Shown piece after piece: positions 50,470 through 63,693 of a stretch of 64,000 nt of DNA. The DNA comes from Utricularia gibba. Lineage: Eukaryota; Plantae; Magnoliophyta. The DNA lies in contig NEEC01000021.1 in the NCBI GenBank assembly GCA_002189035.1, positions 1,240,001 through 1,304,000 on the forward strand, in the 5' to 3' direction. The notes under the pieces were generated by a model. The model was not told the DNA's origin. It saw nothing but the letters and a program-made list of their open reading frames with translations, and searched no databases. The stretch's first letter is position 1. Each line of letters begins with the position of its first letter. The translations under genes and the position numbers were made by a program.

Positions 50470-52739
50470 CGGAGGAGCACTTTAGTTACAGTGGTAGAAA
50501 AAAAGTTGCCGCCTTTGTCCATACTTTCTCCTCCTCCCCAGGGGAGTTGCAGTTGCAGGTGACGAGACGCAAGGTAAAAAGGGTGAAGTTGTCAATTTAC
50601 TTAGGCTGTCGATCCACCCCCAAACGTGGGTAATTATCGTCATTATTACCGTGGGTTATTACTACTATTGATGTATTAGGATCAGCTTCTACCTACGTGA
50701 TTTACTAAATGTATATCAAATACTTATTATTTCATTTCGATCCCTTAGAGTTAGATATTCAATTTTCATGGTTTTACTTATCTCATTTTTGACAAAAAAA
50801 AACTTTTATAATATTTGAAGTATTATTCTATTAAGTACGTATCAAGATTGTAAACTAATACAGTATACCTTTTTGAGGAATCGTGTTGTATCAAATACCT
50901 GATTATTATTTTATTTCAAATCCTTTGAATTCCTCCTGTTGTATTTGTTTTTTCATATTTTCGTACTCTTTAAGTAAATCACACCTTGTTTACTAACGTC
51001 AAAAAAGAGGAATAGATTAAAATATACAAGTCATGAACCAATAGTGTGAACATGGTAGTAAGAACTTATCACATTCTAAATAAAATATATCATATAAGAT
51101 TAAGATAATCTATTTATTTAATTATATTATTTTTTCTGTGGGTAATCCATGTAGTATATTGTTACTAGACCCAAAACAAATAATATCGTACAAAAAGAAT
51201 ATGAATTAAATCATACAATGCAAACTAGAAAAAATCGGAAGATCGAATTAGTTTTTTTTAAGCCGATACGAAATAATGGGTTGGATTGGATTGAATGTGG
51301 TTTAGGTTTTTGAAGTTGTATTAGTAGGTGATTAAAGAATAAGGATGGGGGGCAATGGGGATGGATGCACTTGTCAACCCAACGACGGGGGCGGCTTTGA
51401 ACCATTTGTGGCTACGGCGTAGCGCATTCATGGTGGGCGCAACTCCGCCACATTCCCACGCTGTCTATTTCCCAGGGAGCAATCAATATTAGAGATGAAT
51501 GAATTAGAAAATATGGTCGACCACTTTGTAATATATCTCTAAAAAGAATGGGTCAACTCAAACTTCATCAATGTGTGTTTATATTAGATGTGTAAAACGG
51601 ATCATTTAGAAATCCGATCATTCTTCGTATTTCTTTCACATATTAGGTCAAAGTTTTTCCATTGAATATGTCAAATTGTCTCATATGATGAACAACTTCA
51701 AAATATATACTTGTAATATAAACTGATTATGATTGCACATTCATTTTTTCTTTTTTTTTTCATGTATCACTTAGATAATCTTTAATGATTTCCAAAAATG
51801 CTGACATGAATTTCTGAAAATCACTTTTATTTTTACGAAAATGATTTATTTGAGTAAATTTTAGACTGTGGAAATCATTTTTAGGAAATTCTGTTTTCTT
51901 ATGAAAACTCAATAAAGAAAATCATGTCATTATTTTCGAAAATCAGTAAAGATGATCTTAAATGATGTTTGATAATTGTATAATCAAATTTATATATATT
52001 TTTGTTTGATTAACTAGTATATCGTACATATCAATCTTATATTACTATATCATTCATATAATCATTTTTTAAGCATTTGAGGGGTATATATAAATAGAGG
52101 AGTAAGGGGAGGTAAGCTAATTATAATCTATATTGTTTACATACTTAAATTTCTATTTTTGTATATGAAACGTTATATATAATTGAATATACATATTACT
52201 ACCGAATCTTACAAAAATGGTGACTTTAGTATGATAATTCAATTCAATAATTCTATTAATATTCCTGGGTTCAACCAAACCCAGAAACGAGAAGAGTGAA
52301 GACAAAGGCGAGCAGCATGGCTGGAAACATCGGGGACTTGGGGTGGCGAACCAGAGCGTCGTTGTCGGGGAGGAGGACTTTCTGCTCGCTTTCTCTTGTT
52401 CCTTTTCTTTTGGTTGCTTCTTCCTGTTAGACACTCTCTCCTTTGTCTCCTTGGAACGAGTCAATTCCTGCCCTATTTTGTCCGCGCCATCCGACGGCCA
52501 GGATTCGCCGCCGGAGCTTGTGTGTGGCTCCGGCAAGCCCTCAGGATTGGGCAGTTTTGTTCTCCACGACTTCCTGCGTGTCCCCGTGTCATCCATGACG
52601 ACTCGCTCCGTCACCAAAGCAGATGCTTCCAAAATTAGATTCAATGTCTCACATGTTTCTAGAGGAAGCATGTTGCTGAAAAGCATTGACGTCATTGATC
52701 CCAGTATTTAATAACTTAATAATAAAATTAATTTCCCTT

Positions 52740-53340
52740 GTTTAAAAAATTAAGTTTACCTATGTTATTATTTTGATATAATTAATCTTTAATATTTGAA
52801 ATAATTGACATAAACAGTCCATAATTGTTTAAAAAATTAAGTTTACCTATGTTATTATTTTGATATAATTAATCTTTAATATTTGAAATAATTGACATAA
52901 ACAGTCCATAATTGTTTAAAAAATTAAGTTTACCTATGTTATTATTTTGATATAATTAATCTTTAATATTTGAAATAATTGACATAAACAGTCCATAATT
53001 GTTTAAAAAATTAAGTTTACCTATGTTATTATTTTGATATAACATAAACAATTGACATAAACAGTCCATAATTGTTTAAAATTTAATTGTTTACAACAAT
53101 GTTTAGACGTGGTTTACCTACTTTAATATTTGAAATAATTGACATAAACAGTCCATAATTGTTTAAAAAATTAAGTTTACCTATGTTATTATTTTGATAT
53201 GAAATAATTGACATAAACAGTCCATAATTGTTTAAAAAATTAAGTTTACCTACTTTAATATTTGAAATAATTGACATAAACAGTCCATAATTGTTTAAAA
53301 AATTAAGTTTACCTATGTTATTAAGAAATAATTGACATAA
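52740..53340. repeat. AT-rich minisatellite, 87-bp unit
   Basis: Identical units at 52740, 52827 and 52914 (GTTTAAAAAATTAAGTTTACCTATG...GACATAAACAGTCCATAATT), followed by several internally deleted variants up to about 53340. Confidence 0.95.
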
Positions 53341-54410
53341 GTTACAACTAATTGGTAGTTTATAAAATAGTGGAGATTAATTATACTCGATATTCAAATA
53401 ATGAAGAATAAAAATATTTAAAACATAAAAGTTAGGGATTAAAATATGAATTATAATTATAGATAGGTAAGGATCAAGAATATGAAAATATTATAAAACT
53501 ATAAAAGTTGGGGGGAGTATCCTATCCTAATACCGCACACTGAGCCACACCTATTGGACCCTAAGTGGGCCTACTGGGCTAGCAATGTTGACCAGAGAGG
53601 TATGGATTCACACGCCCAATCCCTCCTAATTGAGCCTAACATCTAGAGATGGAGGCTCAATGTATTTGTTAGAATTATCTTTCAGTAATAATTTTTTTTA
53701 ATAAAAAATTCAAAATTATTCTCTTAATGGAATTAACAAGAGATTTGAGACGTGGTCACAAGTTACTAACTTAGGAACGATATCAAAAATTAAAATAAAC
53801 ATAAGAGCTATCTTGTATACAGTATTCTAAGTTATTTACAATCGAAATTATGACAAATGTTTCAAATAAATTGAATATCATTATTGGAGGTACTATTAGA
53901 ATTACAATCTATGAAATATTAATGAATATTAGTTATTGGAAAATAGTCTATTTAATTTTTTGTAAATTAATGTACAAACCCATCATTTGGTATATATATC
54001 ACTTTTTTATTTTTAAAAAATAAAAAAAAATTAGGGATAAAAAAAATATTCTGAAATTATTAAATAGTTACACGAAAATGATTTATTTTAATATAACGGT
54101 TTGCCTTTTCGTGGCGTACCGCGATCACGCTGCTTGCAGGCTTCAGAAGCTGTTGCTGAAAGAAAATCGCTTTTTGCTTTTGAAAAAGCGACTTTTGCTG
54201 CCTTTTTCGGTTCTTGGTTCAATTATTTATTTCTTTCTTTTATAAATGCAGAAAATTGTTTTCTTTTTTTAAAATTAATAAGGAGAAATATTATTGCCGG
54301 ACGGTACAAACGGTAAAGCCTTGAGTACAATAAGCAAAAACGTGTCTTTTTTCAGTAATTAAAATGGATTATCGACAGTATTAAAAAAATGAGAGAAATC
54401 CAGACAGAAA

Positions 54411-55591
54411 TTACGCTTTCTTCCACTGGGAGCACTGCTGAGTTGGCCGTGTCTTCTGATTCCCAGCTTTGAGAGGACACGGCGTCGCCACAGGGAGCAC
54501 CATGCAGTTGTACTGCAAACACAGCGATGTGCTCACGGGAATCTCCGCCGTCGGATTGATCTCGATCCCGGTTAGATAATTGTGTTGCAGATACAGAATC
54601 TGAATGCTCGCTGACAGAATGCGGTCCACGAAGCACCCTGGAACCTCGCCGGTGAACCGGTTGTTGTTCATGTACAGAACTTGGACCGTCGCGAAGGCAG
54701 GGGATAGCTCGCCGGAGAAGCGGTTGAAGCTTAGGTCGACGGTGGGGATTCTGACGGCGCCCACCGGTTTCACGTGGCCGGAAAACTGGTTCCTCTGTAG
54801 TTGCAGAGTTGTTATGGGGAATGTAAAGAGGACCGCTGGGATTCCGCCGTTGAATCTGTTCATGCTCAGATCGACGTAGTTTAATTGTTTTAGACGGGAA
54901 AGGATCCGGCCGACCGGGCCGCAGAGACGATTCGAGGATAACGAGAGGTACTGGAGAGACGGCGGAAAACCCTGCCGCGGAATCCAACCGGTGAGCTGAT
55001 TCTGCTTCAAATCAAGACGCGCTAATGTAGTCGATACGAAAGGTGGGATTTCCCCGGCGAGATGGTTGTGACTGAGAATGACGTTCGTCAACGCCGGTAA
55101 CGTGCCCAGGGAGTACGGAATCGATCCATTGAGCTGATTGTAACTGAGATCGAGCGTCTGCAGAGCTCGGAGACGCCCGAATTCAGGGGGATCTCGCCGG
55201 AGATGTAATTGCGACTGATTGCTAAGAACCGGAGGAATTTCAATTGCGAGAAAGAGTGGGGTAAAGAACCCATTATCCGCCCAGGAACGACGGTGAACTC
55301 CGCCAGAGCGGAGAGTTTCCCGATGGAGGGATCCAGTCTACCCATCAACCCAGAGGAGCCCGCACGGGGATCGCCGAGATTGAGCGCGATTACTCTATCG
55401 GCGGCGCAAGAAACCCCGGGAAAAGTACATGGGTCGGCCGTGAAATCCCAGGAGGAGAAGTAACCGGAGCCGGGCATATCCTTAATACTCCTCTTGATGG
55501 ATTGGAGCACAAGGAAATCACTGGGGTCCAAAATCGCGCCGGCGACGAAGACGTGGAGCACGAAAATGAACCCAAAAACACTGATACTCAT
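54411..55591 (-). CDS. Extracellular leucine-rich repeat protein (signal peptide, LRRNT, LRRs, no kinase), about 393 aa, with one apparent -1 frameshift
   Basis: Intronless. MSISVFGFIFVLHVFVAGA, then WDFTADPCTFPGVSC, LxxLxLxxNxxxGxIP repeats and a Cys-containing end (LCLQYNCMVLPVATPCP). One extra base in the G run at 55186-55190 joins the two ORFs as EIPPEFGRLRALQTLDLSYNQLNGSIP. Confidence 0.92.
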
Positions 55592-56344
55592 TCTCCGATC
55601 ACCGGGAGACTCCACACGAAAATGGCAAGCAGGCAACAACCCTTTTCTGTAAATGCTTTCAGCTCGTGGGAGGAGGCGGGGCCAGGCGGCTATGGCTATG
55701 GCTGAGGCTATGGCCGGAGAAGGGACTGCGGATTCATTGCACACAGCTACCGGGAATTCCAATGATCGGAAAAATAAGTACAACTCAAGCACCACGATTC
55801 ACGAGTTACGAGGACAAAGGCGCATCATCTTTCCAACCCATTAAAGCATCAAAAATATTAGAAAAATGTCATCTTTATACCATTTCATGTTTTGAGAAAA
55901 CGCAACCTTTTAAAAAATATGTTCAATATATTTTTTATTCAAATTTTAAAAAAATGAATTAAATCATTTTAATTATACATTGAATCAAATTCATTAATTT
56001 CTAATTATATTTATTACAAATATAAAATAGTAAAAAGAGTATGAATGTTAGGCAGTTACTTGTAATAGTATTATTGAATACAAATAGGGTAAAAAACATA
56101 TTTAAATGGAATTAACCTCTTAATTTTGTATAATAATTTTTTTCAAAAATATAGAACGTAAAAACGTGAGAATTAATTGATCAAAACGAATAATATGGTA
56201 CGATGAAATTATGATTTGTGATATTTGGAAATATTTTCTGTTTTTTTAGGAGTAATTTTGAAATCAACCATAAACAAATTATATATTAAAAATTCCATTC
56301 ATATTTTATTATAAATATTTTATTTTGATTATGTAGAAACTATC

Positions 56345-56610
56345 ATTATACCTCCCTGAGTAAGGAGGCTCGGGTTTGGTTAGGGAAAGTCCGAAGCAAG
56401 GGTTTGGGCGTCCGAGGCTGTAGGTGAGGTTCGGGAGTTTATGGGAACATGGAGCTTCTACGGGGTTCCATGTGACGGCGCGACTGATCGGCGTCGGAGT
56501 TTCGATGTTAGGTGATGTGGGCCCACCACTTCGGCGGTCTAGGACAGTCAGTAGTATTCCTCTGCTTCGCAGTCCAGGGAAATCATCTGGGGAGGAAGGA
56601 TTGTAATTTG
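56345..56610. mobile_element. Possible LTR-retrotransposon-derived fragment
   Basis: An isolated G-rich island inside AT-rich DNA with no convincing ORF. The call rests on composition only; no LTR termini, PBS or PPT were identified. Confidence 0.2.
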
Positions 56611-58925
56611 TGGCTCCCTCAAAATAAATTTATATTGGGAATACATTTAATAATAATAATACTAATAATGATAAAGAATTGTAGCTCCCTTAGGAAAATG
56701 AATGATTCTTTAATTCAAAATAATCAAATAATCATGCAATTTTAATGATTAAAAAAAATAAAAACAAAAGATTTATGTCACTATCATGAAGTATTTAATA
56801 AAATATAAAATATTAATTTATTATAAATAATATATGTAATTAAATGTTTGGCAAGAATTCATATAATGCATTAAATATATCAATAACTTTTAATTGAATA
56901 TATAAAAATTAAAATGAAACATAATTTGATTTGTCAGGTGGATTTCATTACTCTTATACTCCAAAAAATACTATAACTTCTTAAAACATTTTCCTTAAAT
57001 TGTCACTTTTTATTTAAAAATATTATAATTAATACATTCTAATTTTTTTTATCAAATGCATTTTAAGCAATAATCTCTCAAATGACACATTATACCAAAA
57101 AAATACTTCAATTTAATCCAAAAACTTTCTTTATATGCAAAATGATTTTAATTACAAATAAATTAAAATATTCTACCAAAAAAATTCAAATGCTCATTAC
57201 ATCACAAAATATTAGTCTACAATGAAGTCCCCCTCAAAGTATTGTGAAGTTTTCCACCAACACTAGTTTATAATAAAGTCTTTTTTAAAAAAAAAAAATC
57301 ATAACCAAGAGTAGTCTATGGATTGTGAAATTTCATTGTAAATGCAGACTTTTTTTATTATATTGTTGGTGAAGATAGGAAGGTCCATAGCCTATGGATA
57401 AAATGATGATACTAGACATGGAAGCAAAACAAGAGTAGTCCACATTGCACCAGTGACAACATAACTAGAGATCTTTAATGAAGAGGGCTATAAACAGAAT
57501 ATTGCTTTATGGTGGGGGACCTTCTTGAGTTATTGAAACTAAACAAGGACCAGATGGCAATTAACCTCCTCCAACATCCCATCCCATGCTGCTATGAATT
57601 CTTCAAGTGATTAGGTGTCTCATCCAAGACCTCCAAGCTTGCAGATGCTTAGGAGATTTTGTCACCTTTGTGTGTTTTAGTGTCGGTTTAGTGTTTTCGA
57701 ATCGACAAATGTTTGTTTGTGATCAATCAATTTTAATGATCACTAATTTCGAATTATCATAAAATTTTGTAAAATAGTGTAACTTCACCTTGATTAACTG
57801 AAACTTTCTTTGGGAGCTTTTTAGTTCAAGTTTTTTTCAACATGTAGATTCAACTCATTCATAAACGATTGTCGATTTTATTCTTCTATCATCTAAGCTC
57901 ATTATCAACTTAGATCATAAAATTTTGTAAATAGAACTTCATAATCGAAGTTCAAACTTTAGAGATTATATTCAAGTTTTTTACAAGATTCATCATTTAA
58001 ACGATCTATTTATCTCATAATATTTTACTATTTATTAGGTTCAATTTTATACTGTCGTCACATATTTAGATTTAACTATGATATCAAATATCACGATTCA
58101 TGTTTACAAGATTGGAATGATTACTCTCGTCGCGTTCATAACTACCGACACTCTCTCGGCCTTTAAACTTTGAAGAGGATGATACATATGATACCAAAGG
58201 CGTCCAAAAAATTTAAGCTCGAGGTAGAGCCAAGGCATGGGGATGGGTGGAGTGGGTAGCTGTGAGGTCGCGATCATCTCCGGGGTGCCCCTTGAATGCA
58301 CTAATGGAGTATGGACAAAACTGCCCACCTCCCAGCTCTGCTCATTTCCATTTTTGCCTCTCTGTTTCTTTCCAAAACTCCAAGCCCCTAATGGACTCCC
58401 AACGGAGCATGTTCCCCTGCCCTCGCCTGACTCCAAAAACAAACTGTCATTTCGTGGGCACAGTCACATGCCCCAGAAAGCCATCACCTCTTGCTGCTAG
58501 TTACTCCCACACACAGTTACTCTGGTTCACTGATGGAGTAGATCTTCATGTCTAGTTTAGACCGGCCAGGCCTAAAACGGTTTAGAGTCTTACAGCTCTG
58601 ATAGTGATGGTAACAACACAAGGAAAGGTGCTTTGGGGGGGGAAAACGATAAAATGGAGGACTGAACAAGATGGAGTAATGAAAAGAGTCTACAGGCATC
58701 CAGAGGCCTAGAATATGTACTTACCATGTAGCTTCCTTTTCTCAAAAGGATGGGGATCCAAAGCACAGAGAGAAAGCTAACTAATGATGAACGTGCCCTG
58801 TGATATGTACAACTGACATTACAGTACATGAGAAGCTATGGTGGGAAGGATTCGGGTGATAAGGAGATTGCAATTGCTTCATTCAAAGGGGATGAATGAA
58901 TCACTGTACACCGAGGAAGGCCATA

Positions 58926-61900
58926 TCAACCTACAAGGTAGGGAAAAGATGCTGAATCCAGGCATATGAAACAATTTGGTTCACATGATTAATACCTACC
59001 TTCTTCAGAGAAGTTGAACATCCCACCAATCCACCCTTCATCTTCATGGCTTCCATCTCGGTGTGTATCACCATCTGTATCGATCTTCTTGCTTGCAGGT
59101 TCGGAATGATTCTCATGGGACTCCATTGAACTACAGTAGCCCTCTTCACATAGTCGTCTGAAATCCACTTTTTTGTCTAAGTCAGTGTTCAAAGGTGGAC
59201 TGCTATTTCCCACAGAGGATGACTCGCTGATGGCTGCATTCTCATAAGAATTTTCGAAATGGTCCTTTGGGGAAACCTTAAAAACATTATTGTCGCCAAA
59301 ACACATGTCGTTCACATCCATTGCAGATCTGTCACCGGTCAAATGATCCAAATCGATCAAATTTCCACTTATCCTTGAAGAACCTGATGAAAATGCCAGC
59401 AAACTGAGGTTGGTCAAAAAAATGAGGTGGATTCAGGGATCCAATCTATGCAAGGTGGAATTGCAGGCATGAATCTGGATGAACATGTAATACTGTTCTA
59501 ATGCAAAAGAGCGGGTGGTTTACCTCCTTCTGAGCTTTCCGTGGAGCTACATGAAGGTGGCTTTGAATGACATATAATGCTTGCTTCATTGACCTTCTGT
59601 CTAGTTGGGCAACAGATGATGGAAGCAGCATGCTTTCTATCAGAAGGTAAGAATCTGCACAAGCATCAATCAGTATGTCCTATTAACAGGCTATCGATTA
59701 CACAAAGCAAAAACCTGATAGGAGCAACAGCTAAACTAGGATGTCAGATAACATCGGAAAGAGTACTCACCCATCAACTGATGCAGGTTGCATTCTCAGA
59801 AAATTCTCAAAAACTGGCAGCAAATCCTTGTGCCTTATCTCTACTTCATTTGCAGAAGCCATCTCTATTTCAAATTCCCCGTCTAAATCATATCCAATTA
59901 GTGGAGTTTCCAGAACATGAAAGTATATCTGGATTAAAAGCATATTTGTTAAATGGAAACAGCGTGGGTTACACGCATCAATAATCTATGTTTTGATTGA
60001 AAAAAAAAAGATCTCGGGTAGTTACCATTGACTTTTGCCATATGGGCAGCCGGCAAGATTTTACTTGAACTTCAGCATTGGACAAATACATGTGCGAATC
60101 TGGAAACCTCAGGGAGCCTGATTTTCTCAGTCTCTTTTCCCAATCATTTGCATTAACTTGGATGGTTATTTTGGGATCATCATCTTGCCCATTTAATCCA
60201 TCCAAGATACACCCAGAGAAAGAGTCCTCTCTCTCCGTATTATCATACCTTCTGCACACATCCCACCATTGCAGAGGTTCAACTTTCACCTTTAACTCAG
60301 CAGCCTCAGTGCTGGCTACAGGAGCTACCGAACATTCCGCTGTTCCATCAGACACATCAGATCCGAATGGGAGCTTCAATTCATGTTGAACCACAAATCC
60401 TGCTGGGGTATATACTAAGATGTGCTCCAGACGTCTACAGTTTGAATTAACTTCCACCCCAGAAGAGCTAGAATTATGAAAAACTGCTGCAACAGGACCT
60501 GATGGCATCCATTTCTTGCCTGCCACTGAGGCAGCAGCATTGCTTACTGAATTCAACAAGCCTGAATTGCACTGTATCCTTGTAACAACAGAGAGGGTGC
60601 AAGTAGGTGGAGGCAAAGAATGCTCTTTGCTCAGAGAAAATGATGAAGTTGACCACCATGGAGAACTAGAAGCTAAATATTGCGAGTTTCCTTGAGCATG
60701 AGCATGTAGATTCTGAAGCGCATCATTACTCCCAAAGGGAGACAAGACGAAGATATGACAGGTCCCTCTCGTTGTTACAATAGCAATCCACTGACTGTAT
60801 TGACTAAAACAGATATCCTGAATGACCTGATGAATCAGTAAAAGAAAACAAAAGGGAAAAACTCAAGCACTTAAAAACAAAGTACATACAAAAACGTGCA
60901 AAGACTGAACACGATGAGCTTACAGCACTAGTTACTCCACGATGAAGTTTGTAAAGATGAACATAAGAACTGCTCCAGTCCCCACAAACAGGCCCACCAC
61001 ATCTGTGACTAGGCATAATTCTGAATACATTTATGTTTTTCCCATCTGTGGAGGCTGTAACAAGAAGAGTCCCGCTTGGATCAAAACAAAGAGCAGATAT
61101 TGGACTTTCATGAGCCTTAAACTGTGATATAACCTCTGAGGAAACAAGGTCCTTCACAACAACCTGCACTTTGAAAAATATAGCTTGTATATATTTGAAA
61201 AACATAAGTGGAACAGCACGGCTCACTTACCATTCCGGCATTCTCAGGTTCAGATGCCATACAACCAAGTCTATCTGGAAGCAACTCCGGGTAGTGCTTG
61301 GACAGTTTTTTGTACCCCACGTCACCCAGTGTGAGCAATCCAACCGCTAGATGCTTGGTGGACTCCATTGCATAGCGAGCCATCATGGTTCCACTTCCTG
61401 GAGATGTTGATGGACTAGCACCAGCAGATAGGCTCCTTGGGCTTACTCTACCCGTATTGAATAGGAATGCACGACTTGGAGGGTAAGCCAACCACCTTTC
61501 TCCTATAGCCATTGGGCCATATCCAGTGTTGATGCCAACTTCTGCCGGTTGTCCAAGTTGGGGCACAGGATAGGTCACAACCATAGCTTTCTTATCCAGG
61601 GTCAGGGTATCAAAGCAATAAATCTGTTCAAGTTGATACCTTGAATTGTTTCATTACACCAGCGATATGCTATTCAGATTCAGGTTAAGATTCATTGTAA
61701 AATGATGCCCATGTAACTCTCGATGTGTGCAATTTATAGAATATTCTGTAATAGCTTTCTTATCGGTAACTTGCATTGTTAAGAATAGTAAGATCAAAAG
61801 TCACACTTGGCAGCAGGCAAAGGGAGAAAAAAAAACTTGAATAAAATTACTTCCAAGTTCAAATGAGAAAAACGCACAACAGCAGTAAAAGAAGACAAAT

Positions 61901-63263
61901 GATCGTATTTATCTTCTAAAAGGGCCATATGATGCATGCCTTTTGAATCGAATGATATGCTCATATGAAATTAGAGATTCCTTCTTCTCTTCACTCACCC
62001 CTAACCATATGTGTTCCCTCACTTGTGCAAAGTAAATTCTGAACTCAATCGAGAGATACTTACTTGCTCTTGAAGTCCAATAGCTACTGTTCTTGAACTG
62101 CACCTGACCATCAGCACTGCTGATTTGAAGCTAATAACCTTAACATACTTGTTTGAATTCATCGAATAAAACCGAACTGTTTTTGGGGAGTGAAAACTTT
62201 TTCCACAAGGTGACTCGGCTGAAACATGCTGAGCATGCCCCGAGCCAGCTTGGTGAAATGGAGTGATCTTATCTTCACCATAGACCCCGGCAATAACAAC
62301 CATGGGATGTGCTGATTCATACTTTCCAGTAACAGTGCCGATCCCTGGATACGGAAGCATCTGTAAGAATGTAGCTGGTCCATCACGTAGGGAAACCAAC
62401 TCACTCAAAGTAGATGCATCGTCCACATCAAAGATCTGAAAACCGGTCAGATACCCAAGGAGTAGCACATGCCGGAAAGATGTTGGACAAAGCGCCAATT
62501 TATCAAATCCAGCCCACAAGACCTGATTAGCACATTAGTTGGGGAACATGAGCGCCAAATCGCTAAGTCTAGATGAAAGCAATCGTCAATACTTGATCAT
62601 TGCTTGAATATTGTCTAGTTCATAGATAACAATGTTTACAAGGATATATCAATACTAAAATCCTGCATACACATCAAACAGGAAACTAGTCATAACATGA
62701 TGATAGTGGGACTCAACATTGCTAAAGGAAAGATTGAGAACAATGCACTCTACGCTGCATTTCATGCATAAGAAAACAAGATGATGAGAAGGGACAGAAA
62801 ATATAACTGATTCAAATTAACTTTTATTATACAAGGTACACTGAAAAAAAGAATTACGTAATTTCTCCAAAGTTAGGATTTTACCTTGGCCTCCATATCC
62901 CACTTCCAGAAAGATCAAATTTTTAAATACCCTCATCTCTATATGTATAGTATATCATATAACCCAACACGGCTCAGAGAATTGTGCTCATGAAATATGA
63001 TCAACTCAAAGACATAAAAGAATTCCACGAACAAGTGATTAACCATGTGCACTGCCAGAAAGAAATTAAAAAAATAAGATCAGCAAACAGAAGTACGGAA
63101 CCTGCTCCTTCCGCTCATCTCCATTTGAAATCGAAGCAGCGACAGTTGCGCTAGCCGATCGTACAGCCGTGCCCGCATTCGTGGATATCGTCTTGATACT
63201 AGACGAAATGACCTTCAAAGAACTCGGCAACAGTTTGCCGTTTCTCCCCTTGGCCTTTTTCAT
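58926..63263 (-). CDS. ATG18: Autophagy-related protein 18g/h-like (WD40 plus BCAS3-type C-terminus), about 910 aa
   Basis: Exons 63263-63102, 62522-62064, 61623-61231, 61163-60924, 60826-60026, 59928-59771, 59654-59524, 59383-59000, 58930-58926 (2733 nt, in frame). Motifs QVLWAGFDKL, GYGPMAIGERWLAY, AHESPISALCFDPSGTLLVTAS, YKLHRGVTSA, EPLQWWDVCRR, YLSNAEVQ. Confidence 0.92.
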
Positions 63264-63661
63264 CACGAACAATTCTTCTCTCACCTTTCCCCTCGATTAC
63301 ATCCTCTCTCAGCCCTTCACCACCGCCTCCGACACAAAAAACACTTCCTCATCCACTCCAGCGCCTCCACGCACCGACGCGCGCACCGCTACTCCCCTGA
63401 CCATCGAATAAAAAGATCGTCCAAAAAACAGCAACAATCTCAAGCTTTCCTCAAATCAATTCGAACGAATCGTTAAAGAATTTGGGACTTCGACTTGAAG
63501 CGAAAATGGATATCTGCAGTAACTTGCAACAACGGTCACAAGCATATATCCATCGAAGCTCTGTTTCTTCTCCAAGTTGCGTACGCAGTTAAAAAAAAGA
63601 AATTAATTACAAAAAGGAAATAAAGCGTCAGCGTTTCCGTACACGCCACATAGGTGTGTTT

Positions 63662-63693
63662 TGGGCCCATTTGGGCCTGATATTCTCGGCCCA
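63662..63693. promoter_or_regulatory. Site II (TGGGCC) cluster upstream of ATG18
   Basis: TGGGCCCA at 63662, TGGGCC at 63672 and GGCCCA at 63688, about 400 bp upstream of the ATG. Confidence 0.45.

Noticed and set aside
52740-53340. Regular repeat array as a possible CRISPR
   Set aside because: The units are contiguous with no unique spacers, there are no cas genes, and the context is eukaryotic. It is a minisatellite.
53505-53660. Short GC-richer island as a SINE
   Set aside because: No A-box/B-box pair, poly(A) tail or target-site duplication could be identified.
54352-54987. Second 211-aa minus-strand ORF overlapping the LRR gene
   Set aside because: It is an alternative frame of GC-rich LRR codons, Pro/Arg-rich and without a domain.
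10754-55190. Programmed ribosomal frameshifting as the cause of the split ORFs
   Set aside because: There is no shared slippery heptamer or downstream structure, the genes are unrelated, and every case is one base short in a G/C run. Sequencing error is simpler.
49465-55591. GC-rich, nearly intronless GID1B and LRR genes as horizontal transfer or contamination
   Set aside because: Both are typical plant genes with plant-type flanks, and GID1B has its canonical first intron.
58100-58900. Cluster of short ORFs downstream of ATG18
   Set aside because: They overlap on both strands with no motif or consistent splice pattern. This is probably 3' UTR and intergenic sequence.
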